Source: Phaeosaccion multiseriatum (lineage: Eukaryota; Protista; Ochrophyta, other classes). From it: 64,000 nucleotides of DNA. Below, in pieces: positions 23,259-32,848 of the stretch. A model generated the notes under the pieces. That model saw nothing but the letters and a program-made list of their open reading frames with translations, searched no databases and had not been told where the DNA came from. The stretch's first letter is position 1. Every line of letters starts with the position of its first letter. Location: NCBI GenBank assembly GCA_965112735.1, contig OZ218958.1, forward strand, positions 2,294,001 to 2,358,000, read 5' to 3'. A program made the translations under genes and the position numbers.

Positions 23259-25686
23259 TGTGTGTGTGCGTGTGTGTGTGTGTGTGTGTGTATGTGTGTG
23301 AGTGAGAGAGAGAGATCTTCCCCTACACACCGCCTCGTTCCATACTCACCCACCCACCACTCCCCCCCACCTCCCTCCGTCCGTCCCTCCCTCCCTCCCT
23401 CCCTCCCTCCCTCCCTCCCTCCCTCCCTCCCTCCCTCCCTCCCTCCCTCCCTCCCTCCCTCCCTCCCTCCCTCCCTCCCTCCCTCCCTCCCTCCCTCCCT
23501 CCCTCCCTCCCTCCCTCCCTCCCTCTGTATCACCAACTCCCTCAGGCGGCGTTTAAGATGGTCCGTGAGGCTCACCTCCCCAGCGGCAAGCACGTACCAC
23601 TCCGCCCCCCCCCCATCTCCATGTTCAGCGAACAGCCCTTCGAGGACCCTTCGGAGACTTGCAGAAACGCTCCTGAGTACAAGCCCCTCACACTCGTCAA
23701 GGGAGAGGTCCGTCCCCCTCCTCCCCCCCTCCTCCTCCTCCTCCTCCTTCTCCTCCTCCTCCTCCTCCTCCTGCTCCTCCTCCTCCTCCTGCTCCTCCTC
23801 CTCCTCCTCCTCCTCCTGCTCCTCCTCCTCCTCCTCCTCCTCCTCCTCCTCCTCCTCCTCCTCCTCCTCCTCCTCCTCCTCCTCCTCCTCCTCCTCCTCC
23901 TCCTCCTCCTCCTCCTCCTCCTCCTCCTCCTCCTCCTCCTCCTCCTCCTCCTCCTCCTCCTCCTCCTCCTCCTCCTCCTCCTCCTCCTCCTCCTCCTCCT
24001 CCTCCTCCTCCTCCTCCTCCTCCTCCTCCTCCTCCTCCTCCTCCTCCTCCTCCTCCTCCTCCTCCTCCTCCTCCTCCTCCTCCTCCTCCTCCTCCTCCTC
24101 CTCCTCCTCCTCCTCCTCCTCCTCCTCCTCCTCCTCCTCCTCCTCCTCCTCCTCCTCCTCCTCCTCCTCCTCCTCCTCCTCCTCCTCCTCCTCCTCCTCC
24201 TCCTCCTCCTCCTCCTCCTCCTCCTCCTCCTCCTCCTCCTCCTCCTCCTCCTCCTCCTCCTCCTCCTCCTCCTCCTCCTCCTCCTCCTCCTCCTCCTCCT
24301 CCTCCTCCTCCTCCTCCTCCTCCTCCTCCTCCTCCTCCTCCTCCTCCTCCTCCTCCTCCTCCTCCTCCTCCTCCTCCTCCTCCTCCTCCTCCTCCTCCTC
24401 CTCCTCCTCCTCCTCCTCCTCCTCCTCCTCCTCCTCCTCCTCCTCCTCCTCCTCCTCCTCCTCCTCCTCCTCCTCCTCCTCCTCCTCCTCCTCCTCCTCC
24501 TCCTCCTCCTCCTCCTCCTCCTCCTCCTCCTCCTCCTCCTCCTCCTCCTCCTCCTCCTCCTCCTCCTCCTCCTCCTCCTCCTCCTCCTCCTCCTCCTCCT
24601 CCTCCTCCTCCTCCTCCTCCTCCTCCTCCTCCTCCTCCTCCTCCTCCTCCTCCTCCTCCTCCTCCTCCTCCTCCTCCTCCTCCTCCTCCTCCTCCTCCTC
24701 CTCCTCCTCCTCCTCCTCCTCCTCCTCCTCCTCCTCCTCCTCCTCCTCCTCCTCCTCCTCCTCCTCCTCCTCCTCCTCCTCCTCCTCCTCCTCCTCCTCC
24801 TCCTCCTCCTCCTCCTCCTCCTCCTCCTCCTCCTCCTCCTCCTCCTCCTCCTCCTCCTCCTCCTCCTCCTCCTCCTCCTCCTCCTCCTCCTCCTCCTCCT
24901 CCTCCTCCTCCTCCTCCTCCTCCTCCTCCTCCTCCTCCTCCTCCTCCTCCTCCTCCTCCTCCTCCTCCTCCTCCTCCTCCTCCTCCTCCTCCTCCTCCTC
25001 CTCCTCCTCCTCCTCCTCCTCCTCCTCCTCCTCCTCCTCCTCCTCCTCCTCCTCCTCCTCCTCCTCCTCCTCCTCCTCCTCCTCCTCCTCCTCCTCCTCC
25101 TCCTCCTCCTCCTCCTCCTCCTCCTCCTCCTCCTCCTCCTCCTCCTCCTCCTCCTCCTCCTCCTCCTCCTCCTCCTCCTCCTCCTCCTCCTCCTCCTCCT
25201 CCTCCTCCTCCTCCTCCTCCTCCTCCTCCTCCTCCTCCTCCTCCTCCTCCTCCTCCTCCTCCTCCTCCTCCTCCTCCTCCTCCTCCTCCTCCTCCTCCTC
25301 CTCCTCCTCCTCCTCCTCCTCCTCCTCCTCCTCCTCCTCCTCCTCCTCCTCCTCCTCCTCCTCCTCCTCCTCCTCCTCCTCCTCCTCCTCCTCCTCCTCC
25401 TCCTCCTCCTCCTCCATCACCTCCCACCGCCTTCCCCTTCCCCCCTGTGGCGACGTGTCGCTAACGCCGCGCTCTCCTGTCCTCCCCTCCCCACATTCCC
25501 TTCCTATCTAACCACCCGAGACAGATTGGATTCCGTACTTCCATCCACCGCGACGCCCTCAAGCCGAAGAGCCACACGGTTCTGCACAGACCACACATCG
25601 CGCCTCTCTCTATGAAGGACAAGCAGGGCCCGCACTGGACCCGACCGGAGCCACCACCTGCTCCACCCGCTGTAACCGCCACATGA
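11449..25686 (+). CDS. CFAP92: Cilia/flagella-associated protein of the CFAP92 (FAP92/KIAA1257) type, 20 coding exons
   Basis: Exons 11449-12798, 13383-13820, 14630-15182, 15496-15890, 16407-16457, 16850-17047, 17418-17473, 17863-17956, 18476-18583, 19215-19278, 19690-19820, 20032-20202, 20345-20488, 20668-20837, 21267-21363, 21572-21730, 22018-22260, 23103-23207, 23546-23707, 25525-25686 join in frame. Motifs recalled from the family: [39 protein letters not shown]...VVLEGLA, F.KRLY. Family name comes from memory, not a search. Confidence 0.72.
12971..13380. repeat. Pure (CCT)n tract of ~410 bp ending directly at the AG acceptor
   Basis: Read directly; AG at 13381-13382. Confidence 0.95.
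13821..14525. repeat. (GTGA)n microsatellite starting exactly at a splice donor
   Basis: Read directly from the sequence. Confidence 0.9.
17957..18360. repeat. (GTGA)n microsatellite starting exactly at a splice donor
   Basis: Read directly from the sequence. Confidence 0.9.
18670..19015. repeat. Degenerate 10-bp repeat (CTCATTRACT)n, intronic
   Basis: Read directly from the sequence. Confidence 0.8.
19461..19685. repeat. (CCT)n tract just before an acceptor
   Basis: Read directly from the sequence. Confidence 0.95.
22280..22941. repeat. Compound minisatellite GG(G/C)AGGTGTATGGGTCA(AAGGGTCA), intronic
   Basis: Mixed ~17/25-bp units in CFAP92 intron 17. Confidence 0.9.
23728..25414. repeat. 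~1.7-kb (CCT)n trinucleotide tract in the last CFAP92 intron
   Basis: Read directly; uninterrupted from ~23820. Confidence 0.95.
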
Positions 25687-26068
25687 ATGGTTGATTCATA
25701 TGGAGGAAGACCACTGGAGGGAACAGATGGACAGACCGACAGACGGATAGACTGACAGATGGACAGACTGACAGACAGACAGACAGACTGGTAGATGGAC
25801 AGACTGACAGATGGATAGACTGACAGATGGACACGCGGGCGAGGTTGTGTGTGTGCTTGTGTTTGGGTATGTGTGTGTGTGGGTGGGTGTGGGTGGTGCG
25901 TGCGCGCGCGTGCGTGCAGGTATAGCTAGGAGAAGCAACGGGGGCGACGAAGCCTTTGCTTTCTTTCTTTCTCCGCTTGCTTGCTTCTTGCTGCGGCTTT
26001 GCTTCGAGCTGCAGGAGTATTCGCTAGAGTGAGACGGAGAAGAGAGGAGGAGGAAGAGGGAAAAGAGT

Positions 26069-26966
26069 CAGGGTTTCGGCTCCCCGCAGGGCTTCTCTGC
26101 CCCCCCGATAAGCAGAAGCCTTACTAGTAGGCGGCCTGGCTGCGGCCGAGCGAAGCAAAGCAAGAAGCCCGGGGCTGGCCTGCGGCCAGAAGCCTGCATA
26201 GTCTCTCCCCCCCCCCCCCTGAGCCCCACTGAGAAGCCTGAAGCCCAGACCGCTGGCCTGCGGCGCAGAAGCCCGGAGCCCGAGAAGCCCTGCGGGGGCC
26301 GACGATATCTGGGGTGGAAAAACTTTATTGACTTAATAGGAATCACCTAAGAAACTGAAAGTGTGATTGTTTTTTTTGTGCCTGGCTGTATCTCTGTGTT
26401 CGGCCCCATGCCAGGTTTCTCTGGCTCCGGGGTTTCGAGAAGCCAGAGGGACTGACAAATGGCGAGTGCAGGATGTGGAAAGACTCGGCGGAGGAGGAGG
26501 ATGAGGTCGGACCCTGACAAGGTTCTACTGCTGCTGCTGCTGCTGCTGCTTCTGCTTTTTTGCTTTGCTGCCCATGCTTTCCAAAGTGCGGCAGGGGCAC
26601 TGAAAAATATGTCAGCAACGGTTTGGCCGTAGATGGCACTTAACGCCACACGGGGCGATCAGCAGGAGTCGGCTCCAGGCGAGGTTTCTCGGGCTTTAGG
26701 CTTCTGGGCCGTAGCCCCCTCCAGGCTTCGGGCTTCTGGCCGCAGGCCAGCGCAGGCCTCTGGCCGCAGGCCAGTGGTCAGTCGAGGTCAGGCTTCAGGC
26801 TTCTCCGGCTGGGAGAAAAATGGGGGACTTGGCAGGCTTCTCGCTACTTTCTGCAGGCTTCTGGCCGCAGGCCAGCCGCAGGCTTCTTACTTTCGGCCGC
26901 AGCCAGGCCGCCGCAGGCTTCTGCTTTATCGGGGGCCCGAGAAACCTCGCCTGGAGCCGAATCCTA
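26069..26966. mobile_element. Cluster of non-autonomous TIR elements (MITE/foldback, hAT-like termini) with AGAAGCCTG/GGCCTGCGGCC subterminal repeats
   Basis: Perfect 25-bp inverted repeat 26669-26693 / 26936-26960. The segment 26069-~26200 is an imperfect reverse complement of ~26850-26966. Termini read CAGGGTTTCGGCTCC, CAGGAGTCGGCTCC and TAGGATTCGGCTCC(rc). No clean TSD seen. Confidence 0.7.
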
Positions 26967-27249
26967 GCTGGCGGGGGGGGCGATTACTCTTACCCCCACA
27001 GAAGGGATAGAAGGCTCGACGTTGGAAAGAATAATTTTAATTTTTTGAAAAAATAAGGGCCGAGGGATGACGAAAAAACTCACACACCAAGAGGCATAGA
27101 AACAGTAAAAAGAGGGGTAAGGGGAACGCTCCGGGAGGGTGAAGGAACACTCCCAAGAGCGGGGCACCCAGCTGCTGCTGCAGAGTGGAGCAATGGGTTT
27201 GCAAGCCCATCCACAAACCAACGATCAACCAACAAGCGTCGTGCCAATC

Positions 27250-30200
27250 ATGGTGCTGTTTCAACAACCACAAGCCAAGATGCTGCTGCTCGCACTGCAG
27301 CTGGCACTGCTGCTTCCCTTTCAAGCGGCAGCCGCTGCGGCATCAAGAAAGCACGATTTGACCTCGCTGAAGGCTGACATAGAAGCGGGAGGCTGCACGG
27401 TGAAGTTGATACCCGGAGGAAGGAGGGTTGTGCAGTTGCCGAATTTTTATGATCCCTCGAAGGGTCCGTCGTCTCACACGAGAGTGGAGTGGGTCGAGGT
27501 GGATGGGCAAGCAAGTGGCGGCACAAGAAGGAGATTGGCACCGGACTGCGACTACTCAGCGCTGTTTGACGTGACCTTCTCTCCGAGCCCAGCCCCGGCT
27601 GAGGACGTTAGGCGGGCAGTGGCCGCCACAGATGATGCTCTGTGCATGTGGGCTGATATCTTCGAGCCTGGAGAGAGTCCTATCCGCCTCTTGATCGACC
27701 CTGTGGCGGATCTGGACGAGCCTTTGACCTTGGCCATCACCCGCGTCGCGTTCCTAGCGTTTGGAGCGACATTCCCTGATGGGGAAACATTGGTGCTGGA
27801 CTTCGCCCCGGCGCAGCTTCGCTATTCCGACATGGTGAGCGACCAAGAGCTTCTTGATGCTGGAGGGGACGAGTATGATGGTGAGATCTCTTTCAACCGA
27901 GATTTTAACTGGCACTACGGAGACGGTGCGGATATCAATTTCGACGAGGTGAGGCAGTTACTCTTGCTTGCCTGTCAGGAGGATGCTGTGTGCCATGACT
28001 CGCTCCCTCAGAAACCCCAAGAAGTGACGTGTGGAGTTACGGGGCTCGAACAGCTACGATGGGAGAGAGTGGTCTGCTCTGCTGCTGACCCTGCTGACTC
28101 CACTACACCCCTCCCCCCCACGCGCACACCCACAGATCGACTTCACCACTGTGATGGCGCACGAAGTTGGACACGCGTTAGGCTTCCTTGCCCCTTTGAA
28201 CACATTCGAGAATACCCTAACCGGCGAAGTCCTGGCCTTATGGTCGGAGTTTTTTAATGATGCACAAGTGAGCCAAGGCTTAGTGAGACGGGAGAGAGAA
28301 AGAGGGAGGGAGGGAGGGAGGGAGGGGGGCAGAGGGAGAAAGCGAGAGAAATCATAACAGCCAGTGGCTGGGTCAATAGATGATAAGAGGAAGTGCTGGT
28401 GTGCTTAGTTCCTCTCGGTGGGACGGGCCTGGCTTGCTACTGCTACTGCTGATGGTGGTGGTGTTCGTGTGCAGATGGACGTACGCATTCTCACCGACGT
28501 TTACACCCAGCCATCCCGCCCCCTCCCTCTCTCGTTCACTCTCTCGCTGCCACAAGGGAAACATGGTCAATTACGCCGGCTCATTTTTCTCGCTTGCCAT
28601 GACCGACGGTAACGGAGGCCGACAACTCAATCCCGACAACTTCCCGACCTCCTTCGACCCCGCATCGAGTAACCTCATCTTCACAGCCGACAGGCTTTGC
28701 ATTTTGGACGCACCAAGTGAGTTCGTATCGTCTCAATCAGCCAGTCATAGCTAGCAACATGGACCTAGTCGTGGGGGGCGGCACGTCGCTTGGTATCACT
28801 CACGGTCTTGTGTTCCTCTCCCTCCCTGTCTCCCTTCCTCCCTCCGCAGCGGGTGCATGTGTGCCTGTATACAGTCCCAACCCATACGAGCCTGGCTCCT
28901 CCATGAGTCACTTCGACGAGTCCTTCTTCCCCTCAGGCACTATCAACAGCCTCATGACCCCGGGGGCCACGGACGCGGAGGTGGTGCGCTGTGTTGGTGC
29001 CCTTACACAGAGAGTCTTCGAGAAGCTCGGATACGTCCTGTCCACCGACTGCCGCTCCACCTGCGGCAACTTAATCACGGGGGAAATAGACCCCCTTGCC
29101 CCCGAGTGCGACGCTGCTCCGACGAATCCTCCGACTGCTGCACCGACTGCTGCACCGACTGCTCCTCCGACTCAGGTATGTGAAATGGCATGGCTGGTGC
29201 CCTCCTCCGCCTTGCTTGCTTCCTCTCCTCTCTCTTCTTGTTCTCGACTCTGACTGGTGCTTCATCACTCTCCCACCCTCGTCTGCACTCCCACGACCCT
29301 CCATCGTCGTTCTCAGACTCCCACGGCTCCTCCGACGGCTGCACCGACTGCGCCTCCAACTGCTGCACCGACTGCTCCTCCGACTCAGGTATGTGCAATG
29401 GCATGGCTGATGCCCTCCTCCGCCTTGCTTGCTTCCTCTCCTCTCTCTTCTTGTTCTCGACTCTGACTGGTGCTTCATCACTCTCCCACCCTCGTCTGCA
29501 CTCCCACGACCCTCCATCGTCGTTCTCAGGCTCCCACGGCTCCTCCGACGGCTGCACCGACTGCGCCTCCAACTGCTGCACCGACTGCTCCTCCGACTCA
29601 GGTATGTGAAATGGCATGGCTGATGCCCTCCTCCGCCTTGCTTGCTTCCTCTCCTCTCTCTTCTTGTTCTCGACTCTGACTGGTGCTTCATCACTCTCCC
29701 ACCCTCGTCTGCACTCCCACGACCCTCCATCGTCGTTCTCAGGCTCCCACGGCTCCTCCGACGGCTGCACCGACTGCGCCTCCAACGGCTGCACCGACTG
29801 CTCCTCCGACTCAGGTATGTGAAATGGCATGGCTGGTGCCCTCCTCCGCCTTGCTTGCTTCCTCTCCTCTCTCTTCTTGTTCTCGACTCTGACTGGTGCT
29901 TCACCACTCCCCCACCCTCGTCTGCACTCCCACGACCCTCCATCGTCGTTCTCAGGCTCCCACGGCTCCTCCGACGTCTGCAACGACGGCGCCTCCAACG
30001 GCTGCACCGACTGCTCCTCCGACTCAGGTATGTGAAATGGCATGGCTGATGCCCTCCTCTGCCTTGCTCGCTTCCTCTCCTCTTGTGTCTCGACTCTGAC
30101 TGGTGCTTCATCACTCTCCCACCCTCGTCTGCACTCCCACGACCCTCCATCGTCGTTCTCAGGCTCCCACGGCTCCTCCGACGGCTGCAACGACGGCGCC

Positions 30201-31300
30201 TCCAACGGCTGCACCGACTGCTCCTCCGACTCAGGTATGTGAAATGGCATGGCTGGTGCCCTCCTCCGCCTTGCTTGCTTCCTCTCCTCTCTCTTCTTGT
30301 TCTCGACTGTGACTGGTGCTTCATCACTCTCCCACCCTCGTCTGCACTCCCACGACCCTCCATCGTCGTTCTCAGGCTCCCACGGCTCCTCCGACGGCTG
30401 CACCGACTACACCTCGAACTGCTGCACCGACTGCTCCTCCCACTCAGGTATGTGGCATGGCATGACCGGTACCTCCCTTTCCTTCGCCTCGCTTTCTCCC
30501 CTCCTGATGCTCACATCCCTGCTTTCCCATCCTCTGCCCTGCCCTCCCCTCCTGCCGTTCCTGCACCGTCTCATCTTTCTCAGCCGCCAGTAGCCACCGC
30601 GCCTCCGACCCTCGCACCATCGACCGCCGCCCCCACGACGCCTCCCACCATGCCTCTCACCTCTCCCCCTGTGACAGTCTCGGATGACGTTGACTGCACG
30701 CAGCTGAACTGGAACGGAGAGTGTGGCGCCTACACCGACGCTGCCTCATGCAACTGCTGGACTCTGTCGGACTTCGCGTGCGTGTGGTCTGACGACATCT
30801 GCGCCACTGGCAGCGATGACAGCATCAGCCCCACCCCCACGCCTCCTCCCGTCGCCACCACCCCCCCGACAACTCCCCCCAGTGAGGTGGACTGTCCCTC
30901 GCTTGGATGGGAAGGTAGCTGCGGCGCCTTCACTGACGCTGCCTCGTGCAACTGCTGGACTCCGTCGGACTTCGCGTGCGTGTGGTCCGACGACAGCTGC
31001 AGCCGAGACTGTACCTCGCTTGGGTGGGAAGGTAGCTGCGGCGCCTTCACTGACGCTGAGACGTGCAACTGCTGGACTCTGTCGGACTTCGCGTGCTCGT
31101 GGAGCAATGGCAGCTGCAGCAGTGGTAGTGGTGACAGCATCAACCCCAGCCCCACCCCCCCCCCGGTGACTGCCGTGGACTGCACGCAGCTGGGCTGGGG
31201 CGGCGCATGCGTTGGATACACCGACGAGGCCTCGTGCGAGTGCTGGGCTCTGTCGGACTTCGCGTGCGCGTGGAGCAGCGCCGAGCAGCGGTGCGGCTGA
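27250..31300 (+). CDS. Secreted zinc metalloprotease (HExxH, metzincin-like) + Pro/Thr/Ala mucin-like stalk + four Cys/Trp-rich repeats
   Basis: Exons 27250-27948, 28136-28267, 28557-28716, 28850-29175, six 72-nt exons (29317-29388, 29530-29601, 29743-29814, 29956-30027, 30163-30234, 30376-30447), and 30584-31300. Signal peptide MLLLALQLALLLPFQAAAAA; HEVGHALGF; distal PGSSMSHFDE; SLMTP Met-turn-like motif; repeat DCxxLxWxGxCxxxTDxxxCxCWxxSDFACxWS. Confidence 0.85.
29150..30460. repeat. Tandem 213-bp exon+intron unit, about 6.5 copies
   Basis: Period 213 bp (one unit 207 bp); each unit is a 141-nt GTATGT..CTCAG intron plus a 72-nt exon. Confidence 0.95.
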
Positions 31301-31420
31301 TGCCCCGTTGGGTAGGGCAGCAAGACAAGCAAAGGCGCACAGGCGGCGGGGCTTAATAGCTTTGCTCCGCTCGGCAGTACCCTTTGGTCGTCCGGCACCC
31401 TTCAGGCTGAATGTGTGTGT

Positions 31421-31880
31421 GGGCTACAAGGGGGATGATGAAGATGAAGGGGAGGAGAAGGGGGCAGGAAAGGGCAAGAAGGAGATGAAGCGTGTAGAGC
31501 TGAAGTATGATGGCGTGGACTTCACCGAGGAGGGCTTTGAGGCTGTGGTGCAGTTCGTGACGACGGGCAGTGTGGAGGAGCTGCTGACGAGAAGGCCCGG
31601 AGGGGGGGGCACGGAGGGGGGCGCGAGCAGCAACAGCAGCGGTAGGCGAGGAGACGGGGGGAAAGCTGAAGGTAAGGGCAGGGGAGGGAAGAAGAGGAAG
31701 CGTGTGAAGCTGTTCGACGACGTTCGAGCCAAGCAGGCTCTGCAGGCCGCGGAGTTCTTCTGCTTGGAGGGCATGTCGAGGGAGGTGAAGACACTGATGG
31801 GAGAGTACGGCTTCGAGCTAGAGCAGAACGAGACTAAGAAGGAGGAGGATGAAGGGCCATCGCAGAAGAGAAGGGGCTGA
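31421..31880 (+). pseudogene. 5'-truncated copy of the BTB-like C-terminus of the ankyrin gene
   Basis: Near-identical to 34451-34933 (GYKGDDED..VELKYDGVDFTEEGFEAVVxFVTTGSV..KQALQAAEFFCLE); similarity continues into the 3' flank (~32080 vs ~35116). Similarity begins abruptly and the copy has no start of its own. Confidence 0.8.
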
Positions 31881-32341
31881 CCCCTGAGCACCACCACGCA
31901 GGACTTCAGCAGCTGCATGCATGAGTGAGCTCGCCTCGGTGGTGGGAGGAGGGAGAGGTAGAGTGAGCATCAAAGGCATGCGAGGAGACGAGAGATGCGT
32001 GGAGTGCGTAACGGTGTGCGGTGTGTGCGGTGTGCACCTTGGCGTCAGCGACGTATGCGTTAGGAGGGCCGTGGTGAGGAGCGCCACTTTTTTCCACCAC
32101 CCCTCGTCCGAACAAGTGTGAGAGGAGGCGTGCTCTTGATTGGGTCCCATTGATTGGGAGTACGATGTGGATCATGGATCACAACCATACCCGTCTCTGT
32201 GAATAATCGAGTAATAGCAACATGAGAAAAAGGGGGAGGTTAACCCGACAGATGGTGTGTGTGCTGCGCATGAACAGCGGTTTCATGGCGTACATGAGGA
32301 CATTTTTTTCCCCACGCTCTTCTTGTATATTACACCCTTAA

Positions 32342-32738
32342 GTGCCATCTATGGTTGTCTAAAAGTAATGGCTCACCGCCCCGGGGAACTTAGCCCCCGA
32401 GGTCGTATCCCTCCGATGCGAAGGTGTCGAGGGCCGACCTTCAGGAGTTGGTTCCTCAAAACACAAATGGCGACTCTGGTGTGCTTACACTTCCACGGGG
32501 GGCACGAACATCTGGACATGAGGGCTTATGCGAGGGCTGTTTGCGTTATTCGGCGGCGATTGGCCGTCGCGCTCCAGCGGGCCCGACACGAACGCTCGAT
32601 CCGACACAGAATCCTGGCTGGTATCAACTTTATTCCGATGGGGAGAATTGACGCATCGGAGGGATGATACGACTTCTTCGGGGGACTAAGTTTCGCCGGG
32701 GCGGTGAGCCATTACTTTTAGACAACCATAGATGGCAC
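32342..32738. mobile_element. 397-bp MITE with long TIRs, flanked by TTAA
   Basis: Left TTAA|GTGCCATCTATGGTTGTCTAAAAGTAATGGCTCACCGCCCCGG; right CCGGGGCGGTGAGCCATTACTTTTAGACAACCATAGATGGCAC|TTAA. Perfect for >40 bp and imperfect to ~80 bp; TTAA at 32338-32341 and 32739-32742. Confidence 0.92.
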
Positions 32739-32848
32739 TTAAGTTCTTACTATCCTGGGTAAAGGAGCTTCCCCGGTAAATACGCTGGGCTGCTGTTGTC
32801 CTTACGATAGACCCGCTTGGATAGGGGAAGGGAGCGCTCTCGAGGAAG

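Noticed and set aside
23072-25615. Long poly-E/S/L/G ORFs (576-804 aa)
   Set aside because: They are translations of an intronic (CCT)n tract; the flanking exons splice in frame around it.
29071-30403. Minus-strand repetitive ORFs of 430-442 aa
   Set aside because: They are antisense shadows of a 213-bp (multiple of 3) repeat; the plus strand has canonical splice sites and a coherent protein.
32257-32667. 136-aa ORF inside the MITE as a transposase
   Set aside because: It has no recognisable catalytic motif, crosses the TIR boundary and lacks an ATG start.
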